Numbered from the stretch's first letter, positions 20,148 through 30,294 are shown. The stretch is 64,000 nt of DNA from Thermofilaceae archaeon (GCA_038861545.1 JAWCCZ010000004.1:160001-224000), one strand, 5' to 3'. The notes: generated by a model not told the origin, from the letters alone. Numbers and translations: made by a program.

Positions 20148-21086
20148 TTAAATAATTTTAGCCTCTGTCACTTCCACTGGCCTAATTTTATCCATTATAT
20201 CGCGAGCCCTGTTTCTAACCCTCCATCTTTCCCTTAAGCCTTCGAAACCCTGCCGCTCAACCCGGAAAGATACTGCTGCAGCAGCTATAGCTGCAGCTTC
20301 CTCGACCGATAACCCCCGGCTGTACTCGATAGCGAATACTGTGAGGAATATATCTCCAGCACCAGTAGCGTCGATTACTTGAGATGGCTCGGCCGCAGGA
20401 ACGTAGATCAGGTTATTTTTCCAAGCGACGTAAGCGCCGTCGCTTCCCATCGTAACAAGTACTATACTTGGACCGTGCTCAGCTATCCACTTTGCACTAA
20501 GATGAGGATCTAAACCTGTAAGTATTTTAGCTTCCTCAGCATCCGCGTGAACTATGTTCGCATGGCTAAGTGCCTTGAGTGCTGCATCGTTTCTAACTAA
20601 CTTTAGAGGTTCCTTTATTTTCGTTGGTCTAAGGTAACCTTGAAGATCTATTGCTGTAAGAGTAGCTCTTGAACGTATAGATTCAAGCGCTTCGACTTCA
20701 ACCTCACTTGCGACCGAGCCTACTAGAGCTATTTTTTCTTCGAAATCTACGAGATCCACGTCAACTCGTTTTATATTCTCAGCTTTTGCTAGTAAAGTTA
20801 GCTCTCTATCGCTATCCTTGTATGTCAGCTTAAAGCGGGTGGTTTTAGTCCCTTTGACAACTCTGACATATGAAATATCTATGCCGTTTCTAGCTAACAA
20901 CAACAAGTATTCATCTGGGAAATCTTCACCAACTTTAGAAACTATAACCGGTTTCGCCTCATGCCTAAGGGCGGCGAAGGATCCATATACGACGGTACCT
21001 CCCAGGCTCTGCCACCTTCTGTTACCTTTAATTACGGTATCAAGTACTATGTGACCTACCAAAACTACCTCCGCCATGTTATTCAC
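20148..21086 (-). CDS. PfkB-family carbohydrate/nucleoside kinase
   Basis: GG motif, VG.DF, VTMGSDGA, DATGAGD. Confidence 0.88.
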   Translation of the reverse strand: MNNMAEVVLVGHIVLDTVIKGNRRWQSLGGTVVYGSFAALRHEAKPVIVSKVGEDFPDEYLLLLARNGIDISYVRVVKGTKTTRFKLTYKDSDRELTLLAKAENIKRVDVDLVDFEEKIALVGSVASEVEVEALESIRSRATLTAIDLQGYLRPTKIKEPLKLVRNDAALKALSHANIVHADAEEAKILTGLDPHLSAKWIAEHGPSIVLVTMGSDGAYVAWKNNLIYVPAAEPSQVIDATGAGDIFLTVFAIEYSRGLSVEEAAAIAAAAVSFRVERQGFEGLRERWRVRNRARDIMDKIRPVEVTEAKII

Positions 21087-21501
21087 CCATCACCTCAATC
21101 AGTACTCTCCTATGACTCCTAGGTCCGTCTAGCTCCACTAAGAATATGTTTTGCCACGTACCTCGTACGAGGTTCCCGTTTATCACGGGAAATATTCTGC
21201 TTGCTGCTAAGAAAGCCGATGCTAAATGCGCAGCTGCGTTATCATCTATTCTATTGTGCTCCCAGCCTCCGTCGGATGGGTAATCCTTCTCAAGTTTCCT
21301 AAGGATATCGTTCTTAAGACCACGTTCATGCTCATTAGCTATGATGGCCGCTGTCGCGTGTGGAGCGAAAACAAGGCATAAACCGTTCTTCACACCGCTT
21401 TCCGAGACTGTTCTCTCGACCTCTGCTGTTATATCGACGAGCTCCCGTTTCGAGCGTGTATTGACCAACAGCTCCTTAAAATAAACTTTCAAGGCAACCA
21501 C
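21079..21501 (-). CDS. YjbQ/UPF0047 protein
   Basis: PHATAA...NE, DNAAAH, GTWQ.IFLVELDGPR. Confidence 0.92.
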   Translation of the reverse strand: MVALKVYFKELLVNTRSKRELVDITAEVERTVSESGVKNGLCLVFAPHATAAIIANEHERGLKNDILRKLEKDYPSDGGWEHNRIDDNAAAHLASAFLAASRIFPVINGNLVRGTWQNIFLVELDGPRSHRRVLIEVMGE

Positions 21502-21573
21502 CGCTGCAGTCTCGCAGCTGGGTAAGGCCTGCTACTTAAAAAGTTATCCGGTAAACGTGGCTTTGAATGTATT

Positions 21574-22353
21574 TTAATGGGGAGAAACAGTAGTGTAATG
21601 ACCCTCTAGACCCTTCACCATTTCGAATAGTGTATCAAGTGCTCCTAAAGTTACTTTGACTCCCGCTTCTGCTGCCCGTAGAGCTTCCTTCAGCTTTAAA
21701 CCTATGCCACCGGTTACGTCCAGACCGCGGCTGCCTTGCTTCACCAATTCAAGGTCGTCGCGGGTGAAGTTCTTGATAAACGATGATCGAGAATCAGCTC
21801 GGGGATCCAAGGTATAAACGCCGTCTACATCCATCAGAAAAACAAGCTTTGAAGCCCCTAATCGTATTGCTAGCTCGCTTGCCAAAGTATCTCCAGATAA
21901 TATTGCAAGGCTTTCGCCTTTCCTGGCTAAACCGCCGTAGGTTACTGGAATAACTCCCATGCAGAGAAAAGCCCTAACTAACTCCACGTTTAGCAGGCAG
22001 TCACCGTTTTCGTCAAGTCTAGCGATTGCGTATGTTGGTAATCCAACTACCGGTAGCCCATGTTTACGCATTGATGCGATAACCTCTAAATTGAGTAACG
22101 TCATCCAGTATGTTACATCTGTTATGAGATTTAACTGAGACCCAGTAGAGAGAGCAACCGCGTAATGACCATAGCTACCACCTCCATGTACTATTAGCAA
22201 CTTAATGGACTTAGCAATTTCTGCGAGTTTTATAGATGCCTCCTCCAAAGCATCCTTCCTGAGAGTAAATGGTTTTTCCTTGTCTGTTATGAGAGACCCC
22301 CCTAGCTTGACTATTACCAACTCGCGCCCTTCACTGATTGAGCCCGCTTTCAC
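21574..22353 (-). CDS. Isopentenyl phosphate kinase
   Basis: KLGGSLITDK, HGGGSYGH, SGD, DVDGVY, DVTGGI..K. Confidence 0.88.
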   Translation of the reverse strand: MKAGSISEGRELVIVKLGGSLITDKEKPFTLRKDALEEASIKLAEIAKSIKLLIVHGGGSYGHYAVALSTGSQLNLITDVTYWMTLLNLEVIASMRKHGLPVVGLPTYAIARLDENGDCLLNVELVRAFLCMGVIPVTYGGLARKGESLAILSGDTLASELAIRLGASKLVFLMDVDGVYTLDPRADSRSSFIKNFTRDDLELVKQGSRGLDVTGGIGLKLKEALRAAEAGVKVTLGALDTLFEMVKGLEGHYTTVSPH

Positions 22354-22414
22354 TGTCGTTACCTGAGAACGAACGATATAAAAACGCGCTTATCGTATGA
22401 ATGGAAAAATCGAG

Positions 22415-23428
22415 TTAAAACTCCCTTGTAGCTACAAAATCTGCTAAGGCTTTTAGTAAAGCTTTACCCTCCGTATTGGGGAGTTTTTCGATTGATTTCA
22501 TCGCTTCATGAGCATAACGACTTCTAAGCGCCTCGGCCCGCTCTTTAGCTTTCGTATAAGTTATCAGTTCGATAGCTTTCTTTAACTCGCTAGCCTTTAT
22601 GGAGTCTTTGCGTAGAATAGAGGTAAGTTCATTCTGTTTATTGAGCTCGAGTTCTTCTAGAGCTAATATTACGATAACGTTGCCTAGTTTATGCTCCTCG
22701 ATATCCTTACCTACACGTTTGCCTGTAACCTCTTCACGTCCAAAAATATCTATGATATCATCACCTATTTGAAAAGCTAAGCCTAGGTTCCTCCCATACC
22801 CACCTAGCATATTGACTATTTGAGAACTAGCGCCCGCTGACATGGCCCCGAATACACAAGCAGTCTCTATCAGCGCGCCTGTCTTTTTGAAAACCATGTC
22901 TATGTAATCGCTTAGTTTAACGTTGCTCTTCCTCTTCTCCTTAACATAAGGTTCGTCCTCTCTTCCAGCTTGCTCAAATAATACGTCAAGTCTTTCGCCT
23001 TCCACAAGTAACTTTAGTGTCCTAGCCATAATGTCGTGGAAAGCTACAGGGTCCTTCGTATCGTCAAGCGCTTGAGCAATAGATTCGCGATAATGAACGG
23101 CAACGAGAATCGCCATGGTTACTCCATACTTTTTCCATAAAGTTGGTCTACCCCGCCGCAGTTCGCTATGATCTATGATGTCATCGAAGATTAACGAATA
23201 ATTGTGGGCAAGCTCTACGGCTGCTGCGGCTGGTATCGCGCTATCCACGTCGCCACCCGCTGCAAGCGAAGACGCGAATGTAAGTGCGGGTCTCAGCCTT
23301 TTACCCCCTGTTTTCATCTGATAGAGAACCGCTTCATGAAATTCGACATCTGTATCTTTTAAAAGGTACCTTTCAAGAGCCGGCTCTACTCGGCTTCCGA
23401 GTTCTGAGAGTTTATCTACTACCTCCAC
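22415..23428 (-). CDS. Polyprenyl (geranylgeranyl) diphosphate synthase
   Basis: GGKRLRP, DDIID...RRG, KTGAL, AFQIGDDIID. Confidence 0.92.
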   Translation of the reverse strand: MEVVDKLSELGSRVEPALERYLLKDTDVEFHEAVLYQMKTGGKRLRPALTFASSLAAGGDVDSAIPAAAAVELAHNYSLIFDDIIDHSELRRGRPTLWKKYGVTMAILVAVHYRESIAQALDDTKDPVAFHDIMARTLKLLVEGERLDVLFEQAGREDEPYVKEKRKSNVKLSDYIDMVFKKTGALIETACVFGAMSAGASSQIVNMLGGYGRNLGLAFQIGDDIIDIFGREEVTGKRVGKDIEEHKLGNVIVILALEELELNKQNELTSILRKDSIKASELKKAIELITYTKAKERAEALRSRYAHEAMKSIEKLPNTEGKALLKALADFVATREF

Positions 23429-23511
23429 AGCAGCTGGGTAAATTTCATGCTAAAATACGTTATCGGTTAAGTGGCAACGTCTTTAAACCTCGCCGTAGCA
23501 GCTAAGGTGAA

Positions 23512-24366
23512 ATGAGAAAAAATGTGTTTAAAGCTCAGCTGAGTGTGGTTTTAAGCACAGGATTCCTTGGAGGAGTGGGTGGATTTCTGCTTCACGTTAG
23601 CGGGATATCGGAGATGATGGAGGGGCCGTTTGTTAAGGAGGAAGGCGTCGGTCCTGCAACTATAAATGCGTTAATTTTAGTGGCGCTCCTTCTCATAGGG
23701 GCTTTGCTACTGCTTATTATATCCAAGATTAAGTTGAGTTTCATGAAAATCCTGGGCTATTTCTCCTTCTTTACAGCTACCTTTATCGTCTGCCTAGTCT
23801 ATCTTTATGCTTTAAACGCGCCCCTGAACATTCCCGAGCCAGTTTCACTGCTAGTGGCCATCATAGTCTTGTACTTAGTAACAGCCCACCCCCTCTCCCT
23901 TACAACTGCCGCTGCACAAGTGTGTATTGGTTCACTTTTAGGGCCACTCATAGCCTCGATGGTTCCCAGCTCAAGTCTTTTGGCAATGTTAATTGCCGCA
24001 GCCCTGTATGATATTTTCTCTGTGTATAAAGGTCCTTTAAAGGCTTTACTAGATCAGTTTACTGAGCATAGTAAAGAACTACCGGAAAAGAAAACTCGCT
24101 CCTCTCCACTTGTACCCTTTGCTATCAACCTTGGGGATGCGGCGATCGGTATGGGGGACATAGTGTTTTACAGTTCTCTGAGTTCTCTTTCTTTAACAAC
24201 TCCCACTTTAGATTTAATTAGGTTTACTCTAATACTTGTATCTATGTTCATAGGATTACAGCTTACCTTTAAATTGCTTGAAAAATATCGTTATGCTCCA
24301 GCTCTTCCATTACCCATTACAATATCAGTGGCTACTTACATCTTATACAACCTAGTCAGAGGTTAG
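23512..24366 (+). CDS. Presenilin/GxGD intramembrane aspartyl protease
   Basis: YD motif (ALYDIF), GMGD and PALP in a multi-TM protein. Confidence 0.88.
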   Translation: MRKNVFKAQLSVVLSTGFLGGVGGFLLHVSGISEMMEGPFVKEEGVGPATINALILVALLLIGALLLLIISKIKLSFMKILGYFSFFTATFIVCLVYLYALNAPLNIPEPVSLLVAIIVLYLVTAHPLSLTTAAAQVCIGSLLGPLIASMVPSSSLLAMLIAAALYDIFSVYKGPLKALLDQFTEHSKELPEKKTRSSPLVPFAINLGDAAIGMGDIVFYSSLSSLSLTTPTLDLIRFTLILVSMFIGLQLTFKLLEKYRYAPALPLPITISVATYILYNLVRG

Positions 24367-24428
24367 GGTCAGACCGCCCATCGTTAAACTACATTTATTT
24401 TTCAGTCACCAACGCGTTCCTCATCCCC
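24366..24428 (-). ncRNA. Box C/D sRNA with two guides to 16S rRNA
   Basis: Minus strand: GGGATGA-GGAACGCGTTGGTGA-CTGA...CGATGGGCGGT-CTGA-CCC; guides complementary to 16S UCACCAACGCG and ACCGCCCGUCG (16S sequence recalled). Confidence 0.8.
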
Positions 24429-24440
24429 AAAGCTGGCATG

Positions 24441-24683
24441 TTAAGCGGATATTAATGTAGTGCTCTTAGATACCCCTGGGATTTTCCTTATAGACATAAC
24501 CACTTCCTCTAACGTTTTCAAATCAGGTACTTCTAGCTTAGCTACGACATCATATTCACCATAAACTATGTGAGCCTCAACCACGGATTCTATCTCGTAT
24601 AGTTTCCTTAAAACTTCGTACTCTCTACCGGCTTCAACGATTAAGATAAGGTATGCTACTACTTTCGCCTCACTTGAGGCCAT
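24441..24683 (-). CDS. Lrp/AsnC ligand-binding domain protein
   Basis: VYGEYDVVAK...IRKIPGV.KSTTLI. Confidence 0.88.
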   Translation of the reverse strand: MASSEAKVVAYLILIVEAGREYEVLRKLYEIESVVEAHIVYGEYDVVAKLEVPDLKTLEEVVMSIRKIPGVSKSTTLISA

Positions 24684-24794
24684 ATATTGAAAACCCTCTT
24701 ACCTTTATAAAAATTTATTTTAATGCGAATAATGATTCAAGACCTTTACAGCTGAGTGCACCACGTTTTTATTGCGGCTAGAAAACACATTCTC

Positions 24795-25214
24795 ATGGAA
24801 CCCTTAATGTATAAGGGTTATAGCTTCCCACGCGACCGAAAATATAGTGAAAAGCACTCATGGATTAAAGTAATTGAAAGAGATACCGTCAGAGTAGGTA
24901 TAACAGATTATGCACAGAAGAAACTAAAGGCTGTAGTTTTCATAGAACCGCCTGAGGTGGGTGTTCACCTTAACGCCGGAGATCTTCTAGCCACGTTAGA
25001 ATCAATTAAAGTGGTCAGTGAAGTATATGCTCCACTTAGTGGCATCGTAGTGACATACAATTCGAAACTTGACGATGATCCTGGTTTACTTAACCGGGAT
25101 CCTTATGGCGAAGGATGGATAGCAGAGCTGAAACCCGATAACCCCACGGACGTCGAAAAATTGCTGAGTGCAGATGAATATGCAGATAGGATAGTCAAAA
25201 AGGAGGAGAGCTAA
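24795..25214 (+). CDS. gcvH: Glycine cleavage H-like lipoyl carrier
   Basis: YSEKHSWI, VGITDYAQ, ESIK lipoyl Lys, NRDPYGEGW; ATG 24795. Confidence 0.88.
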   Translation: MEPLMYKGYSFPRDRKYSEKHSWIKVIERDTVRVGITDYAQKKLKAVVFIEPPEVGVHLNAGDLLATLESIKVVSEVYAPLSGIVVTYNSKLDDDPGLLNRDPYGEGWIAELKPDNPTDVEKLLSADEYADRIVKKEES

Positions 25215-27340
25215 CCCGATAAAAGTATTTTTACGTCTATTGCTAGGCCTCCCTTACCTTTCTCGTAGACGAAAAAGGGGTTAATGTCTATGTCATTTAT
25301 CTCGGGAATGTCTATCGCAAGCTGAGAAACTCTTACAAGAGCATCGATGATGGCTTCGATGTCACATTCAGGTTGATCCCTGTAGCCTTTGAGCAACCTG
25401 TAAGATTTTGTTTCCTCTACCATCTCCTTAGCATCTTCGATCGATAACGGGGCAACCCTAAAGGCCACGTCTTTAATCAGCTCAACAAGCACACCTCCGC
25501 TGCCAAATACAATGACAGGTCCGAAGAAGGAATCCCTGTGCATTCCTATTATACTTTCAAAGCCTTTTGGAGCCATTTTCCTTACCGCTACACCTCTAAC
25601 TTCCGCTTCAGGAGCCTTTATTTTTACATTCTCCATTATCTTCTTGAATGCTTCAGTTACCTCCTTAGCATTGTTTAAGCCTAGTACTATACCCCCTACT
25701 TCGGTTTTATGAATTATCTGAGGTGACTCAACCTCGAGGACAACTGGGTACCCTATTTCATTTGCTATCCTCACGGCTTCCTCTGGAGATTCAGCCAGCT
25801 GTTTCTCCAGTACTGGTATACCGTAGGCCTTAGCTACGCGAGCGGCTTCAAAAGGCGTCAAAGCTTTCCTCCCCTCGGCTAAAGCCTTCCTTACGATTTC
25901 CCTAGCAACTGGATCAGCCTTTAGATTCGGGAATGTTTTCGGTTTAGCTAGCTTCTCCTTAAGCCTCTTATACCTGTAGATCGCGCCCATCGCGGCCAAT
26001 GCCTTTTCGGGAGACTCATATGCTGGCACACCTTCGCCAGTTAAACGCTGCATTTCCTTTACACATTCTTCGCCGCCGATCAGGCTAACCATAATCGGCT
26101 TTTGCGTACCGGTTTCAACCCTTGCCTCAATTATAGCGTCAGCAATCTCTCTTGGGTTAGTCACAGCTGTATGACAGTAAAGAACCACTACAGCGTCAAC
26201 TCGGTTATCCTTTAAGAGCTCAACTAAAGCACCCTTATACTGCTCTTTTAACGCCATCCCAGTTAAGTCGACTGGGTTATATACACTGCCGAAAGGCGGC
26301 ATGTAGTTCCTCAATCTCTCCGCTAAATCTCTTGGTATATCCATCAGTTTAACGCCATAAACCTCAGCTGCATCAGTGGCCATCACTCCTGCGCCGCCCC
26401 CGTTTGTTAGGATTACTACATTTTCACCTCTAGGTTGCGACGCCTTAGCTAAAGCTACAGCCCAGTCGAACAACTCGATGAAAGTCGGAGCTCTTATCAC
26501 ACCACATTGGGTTAACGCTGAGTCAACCACAGCGTCGGAGCCTGCTAACGAGCCTGTATGAGATTTAATCGCTCCCAGTGCCCGCTCGCTTCGACCTACC
26601 TTGAGAACCAGTATTGGTTTCTTCAACGATATTTTTGAAGCCACTTCCATGAAGTTTCTACCACTCTCTATACCCTCTAAGTACGCGGTAATCACCTTAG
26701 TATGGGGATCATTGCCAAAGTACTCGATAAAATCAACCTCATTTAAATCAGCTTTATTGCCGAGACTAACTAGGTCGGATAACCCGACCCCTTTAAGTAC
26801 GGTCCAACCAACAAGTGCAATACCGAGGGCGCCGCTTTGAGAGATAAATGCAATTTCACCTTTAAGAGGTAAGCCCTGGCAGAAACTTGCGTTCATGTTG
26901 CCAACAGTATCACAAACCCCCACTATATTAGGACCAAGAATTCTAAAGTTATACTTCCTAGCTATTTCAATAAGCTTCCTTTCGGCATCAACCTGACCAA
27001 CCTCTTTAAAGCCTGAAGTTATGATAGCCACAGATTTTACTCCTTTCTTCCCACATTCCTCTAGAACCTGTGGCACGAGGAGGGCTGGCACGACAATAAC
27101 AGCTAAGTCCACATAAACCGGTATCTCCAGTATGCTGGAATAGCAACGCAAACCTAATACTTCGTTGGCGTTAGGATTAACCGGAAAAATACGGTCGCGC
27201 GGAAATCCACCCTCAATTAAGTTCCTAACTACCTGATAGCCTACTTTCTTGGGGTCGCGAGAAGCACCTACTACAGCTACAGTTTTAGGCCTCAGTAATT
27301 TCTCGATGATTTCGACAGTAGTACCATTCATCCCCATCAA
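25211..27340 (-). CDS. Acetate-CoA ligase (ADP-forming), fused alpha-beta
   Basis: VVGAS..P.KVG, GPN, SQSGALG, SHTGSLAG phospho-His, NPVD, HKTEVGG, DINP. Confidence 0.9.
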   Translation of the reverse strand: MMGMNGTTVEIIEKLLRPKTVAVVGASRDPKKVGYQVVRNLIEGGFPRDRIFPVNPNANEVLGLRCYSSILEIPVYVDLAVIVVPALLVPQVLEECGKKGVKSVAIITSGFKEVGQVDAERKLIEIARKYNFRILGPNIVGVCDTVGNMNASFCQGLPLKGEIAFISQSGALGIALVGWTVLKGVGLSDLVSLGNKADLNEVDFIEYFGNDPHTKVITAYLEGIESGRNFMEVASKISLKKPILVLKVGRSERALGAIKSHTGSLAGSDAVVDSALTQCGVIRAPTFIELFDWAVALAKASQPRGENVVILTNGGGAGVMATDAAEVYGVKLMDIPRDLAERLRNYMPPFGSVYNPVDLTGMALKEQYKGALVELLKDNRVDAVVVLYCHTAVTNPREIADAIIEARVETGTQKPIMVSLIGGEECVKEMQRLTGEGVPAYESPEKALAAMGAIYRYKRLKEKLAKPKTFPNLKADPVAREIVRKALAEGRKALTPFEAARVAKAYGIPVLEKQLAESPEEAVRIANEIGYPVVLEVESPQIIHKTEVGGIVLGLNNAKEVTEAFKKIMENVKIKAPEAEVRGVAVRKMAPKGFESIIGMHRDSFFGPVIVFGSGGVLVELIKDVAFRVAPLSIEDAKEMVEETKSYRLLKGYRDQPECDIEAIIDALVRVSQLAIDIPEINDIDINPFFVYEKGKGGLAIDVKILLSG

Positions 27341-27429
27341 GCTGGTGCATATCAGGCTATTTTTAAACCTTAAGTACTTACCAGGCCGGACATGAAAAAT
27401 AAATTTAATCGATTGGCCTTATACCGAGT

Positions 27430-28782
27430 ATGAAAATAGCGGTTATAGGTTATGGGACAGCTGGCATGACCGCAGCAATCTATGCTAAGCTAACATGTAG
27501 GAAAAGCGAGGTTGAAGTTTTCGAGAAAAGACCTTATGCTGTATACCACCCGTGCTCTTTACCTGACGCTATAGCAGGTTTAATACCGCTTGAGTCTATC
27601 ATAGAAGAAAAAGTCACAATACCAGGTATTAACGTTCGAACTTCAACAGTAGTTGAAGAAATCGATACTGAGGGTAGAAAACTTAAAGCTAGGGATTTAA
27701 AGAGCGGAGAGGTTCTGTACAGGGACTACGACAACCTGATTTTAGCAACCGGTTCAAGACCGTTTATTCCTAGATCAGTGAACATATTAGAAAGCAGCTG
27801 CGTTTACACGCTCCGGTTAGTGGAAGACGCTAAGTTTATCAGCGAAGCAGCTACAAAGTATAATTCAGTCGTAGTGGTTGGCGGGAGCGCTCTTGGGATC
27901 GAAACTGCTTATGCTTTGAAAATAAGGGGTTTAAACGTCACACTTGTAGAGTACTTTCATCAACTAATGCCTGGTAAGCTGGATTTCGAAATAGCTAAAA
28001 TAGTCGCCGAGAAACTGAGCTCTAAAGGTATTAATCTTATGCTCGGTGAAGGAGTAGTTGAAGTAAGCGGAGCACCTGGGACAAAGAAAGTAACTACCTC
28101 TTCAGGTAGGGAATTAGAGACAGGGTTTGTCGTATTTGCAACCGGTATTAAACCGGACATAGATCTTGCCAAGCAGATAGGTGCCGAGATAGGTCAAACA
28201 GGCGGTATCAAAGTTGACGAGCATATGCGAACAAGCATTGACGGTGTGTATGCGGCAGGCGACGTAGCAGAAGTTAGGGATTTAATCACCGGCAAGCCCA
28301 CTCTCAGCCAATTTGCAAATACAGCATTAATTATGGGACGAATAGCTGGGATAAATGCCGTCGGTGGCGATACGTATCTAAGAGGAGTATTGCAAAACTG
28401 GATAGTTAACCTGGAAGGCTTTAAATTTGGAAGTGTAGGATTAACTGAAGAAAAAGCCAAGAAAGCCGGAATAGACGTGGTCTCTGTATCTGTAACTGCT
28501 ATGGATAAACCCTTGTTTTATCCAGGCTCCGAAAATATCACCGTTAAGCTAATAGCAAATAGCGAAGGAAAGTTGATTGGTGTACAGGTTGTCGGAGGGG
28601 GTAACGTCGTCGAGAAACTGAATGTTCTATCCGCTTCAATTTTCAGTGGTATGACCGTATCCGATTTGCCTTACCTAGAGTTCGCTTACGTACCTTCGCT
28701 TAACGAAGTTGTCCATCCAATATACACCGCTGCTGATGCGCTACTCAGAAGGCTTCAAAGAAAAGCCAAAATAATGCAGTAA
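27430..28782 (+). CDS. NADH oxidase / CoA-disulfide reductase family flavoprotein
   Basis: GYGTAG, redox Cys in YHPCSLP, ATGS, YAAGD, FAYVPSL. Confidence 0.85.
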   Translation: MKIAVIGYGTAGMTAAIYAKLTCRKSEVEVFEKRPYAVYHPCSLPDAIAGLIPLESIIEEKVTIPGINVRTSTVVEEIDTEGRKLKARDLKSGEVLYRDYDNLILATGSRPFIPRSVNILESSCVYTLRLVEDAKFISEAATKYNSVVVVGGSALGIETAYALKIRGLNVTLVEYFHQLMPGKLDFEIAKIVAEKLSSKGINLMLGEGVVEVSGAPGTKKVTTSSGRELETGFVVFATGIKPDIDLAKQIGAEIGQTGGIKVDEHMRTSIDGVYAAGDVAEVRDLITGKPTLSQFANTALIMGRIAGINAVGGDTYLRGVLQNWIVNLEGFKFGSVGLTEEKAKKAGIDVVSVSVTAMDKPLFYPGSENITVKLIANSEGKLIGVQVVGGGNVVEKLNVLSASIFSGMTVSDLPYLEFAYVPSLNEVVHPIYTAADALLRRLQRKAKIMQ

Positions 28783-28836
28783 TCGCAGGTCCAGCGTTCA
28801 TCATAGTTCAGACCTCACTCACACGCTCATTCTTGC
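28781..28836 (-). ncRNA. Box C/D sRNA
   Basis: Minus strand: C AGAATGA (28827-33), D' CTGA (28808-11), C' ATGATGA (28798-804), D GCGA (28783-86); AAAAA-TTAAAA promoter upstream. Confidence 0.7.
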
Positions 28837-28879
28837 TTAGAGACAACTCACTAATTTTAATTTTTCCCTTCCTTACTTA

Positions 28880-29266
28880 TTACAACTCTAAGCTATCTAG
28901 CTCCGTAATATAAAAGCCCTTATTTAAGTTTAGAAGTAACCACGCTCTAAATTCCTCTCCTTCTTCAGAACTAAGCTTAACGATAATTCTATCACCTTTT
29001 TCTTCTACCAGTAAAGGATTTAATGTTCCTATTATCCTCTTCACCATTTTCTCGTAAAAACTATAATGCATATTGAAGAGTAAAAAACCCTTCTCCCTTA
29101 ATACCAGTATTTCTTCCTCCATGAGCGGAAACTCGGAAATTCCCTGCATAGCATCTAGAGATCCACTAACCCAAGAAAAACTATAACGCTTAGGAATTAA
29201 ACCTCCGCTAATTGTTAGCCTACACTTAAGTGCTTTTAACAACCACCTGAGAATATGCCAAATCAA
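28880..29266 (-). CDS. Hypothetical protein (true start probably near 29200)
   Basis: Co-oriented ORF after the vWA gene; GGAGGT RBS near 29200. Confidence 0.55.
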   Translation of the reverse strand: MIWHILRWLLKALKCRLTISGGLIPKRYSFSWVSGSLDAMQGISEFPLMEEEILVLREKGFLLFNMHYSFYEKMVKRIIGTLNPLLVEEKGDRIIVKLSSEEGEEFRAWLLLNLNKGFYITELDSLEL

Positions 29267-30294
29267 CTCATAATTCCAACATAGTTTCCTTTTGTAAACT
29301 TAGCCACACTAATCAGAAGCTTTGTTCCGCTTATTAATGGTTCAACATCCTCAGCTGATACTCTGTGCCTAGTATTTATTACAACTGTTTCGATCTTATT
29401 TCTGGCGATTAGTGAAGCAACATCCAGCACCGAGCGCACGGCTGGATCTAATGAGATATAACTTGAGTCGCCTCTTTTCCTCTCAAGAGGCACATTTGCA
29501 TTACCATCGCTGATAACTACAAGAACCGGCTCGTAACCCTTCCGTCTCTCCCTTAGAGCCATGTTGTAACCCAGGTACATTCCAGCGGCTAGCGGGGTGA
29601 AATCATCTAACCCAACGCGCACTATTTTGCCCAACATTAAGTTGAAATTCGTGGTAGGGTGCTGGACAATGGTTGCACTGGAACCCTTACATACGATCAA
29701 AGCTACACGGTCTCTGTACCTGCGAGCCTCTTTCTCTATAGCTTTGAGCGCGGTCATTATTCCCCTTATAGAGTACGCCATCGAAGCACTGGAGTCTAAG
29801 ACTATCACAAGCGAGACCCTAGCCCTACCGCTAAGTAGCTTAGCCATGAGCGATTCCCAGCTTATGGTGGGAAATTCCATCCGAGAAGCACTTTTCCTGA
29901 GAGTCGCAGGAAAGTGTATCTTGAAGTATCGCTTCTTCGGCAAGGTAGAATCAACTGTAAGAGAAGCCCCTTCCATCCTTCTCTTACCCTTATACCTTGC
30001 GCTTTTACGCGAAACATTGATCGCTAACTCTGTGAGCTGACTTGGCTCAACCCATCCCCCGAGAATTTTCAAACCCCTAGAGAGAGATAAAAAGTTCCTC
30101 TTGAAGTCTATGGAGGAAGAATAAGCTACGTAGACCGCCTTACGAGTTTTAAGCAGGGCCCTTTTACCTGAGTATATCGAATCTTTATTGAGAAGCATGC
30201 TTAGGATGAACCATATTACAGCTGCAAGCGCAGCCAGTACTAAGTCTATGAATGCTAAGGCTATTAGAAGCGCTCCCATGAAAAGCGTTAGCAA
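29263..30294 (-). CDS. ChlD-like vWA domain protein with an N-terminal TM hairpin (frame open up to 30348)
   Basis: MIDAS DSSAS, RDRVALI, TPLAAG, ISDGNANV. Confidence 0.8.
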   Translation of the reverse strand: MLTLFMGALLIALAFIDLVLAALAAVIWFILSMLLNKDSIYSGKRALLKTRKAVYVAYSSSIDFKRNFLSLSRGLKILGGWVEPSQLTELAINVSRKSARYKGKRRMEGASLTVDSTLPKKRYFKIHFPATLRKSASRMEFPTISWESLMAKLLSGRARVSLVIVLDSSASMAYSIRGIMTALKAIEKEARRYRDRVALIVCKGSSATIVQHPTTNFNLMLGKIVRVGLDDFTPLAAGMYLGYNMALRERRKGYEPVLVVISDGNANVPLERKRGDSSYISLDPAVRSVLDVASLIARNKIETVVINTRHRVSAEDVEPLISGTKLLISVAKFTKGNYVGIMS

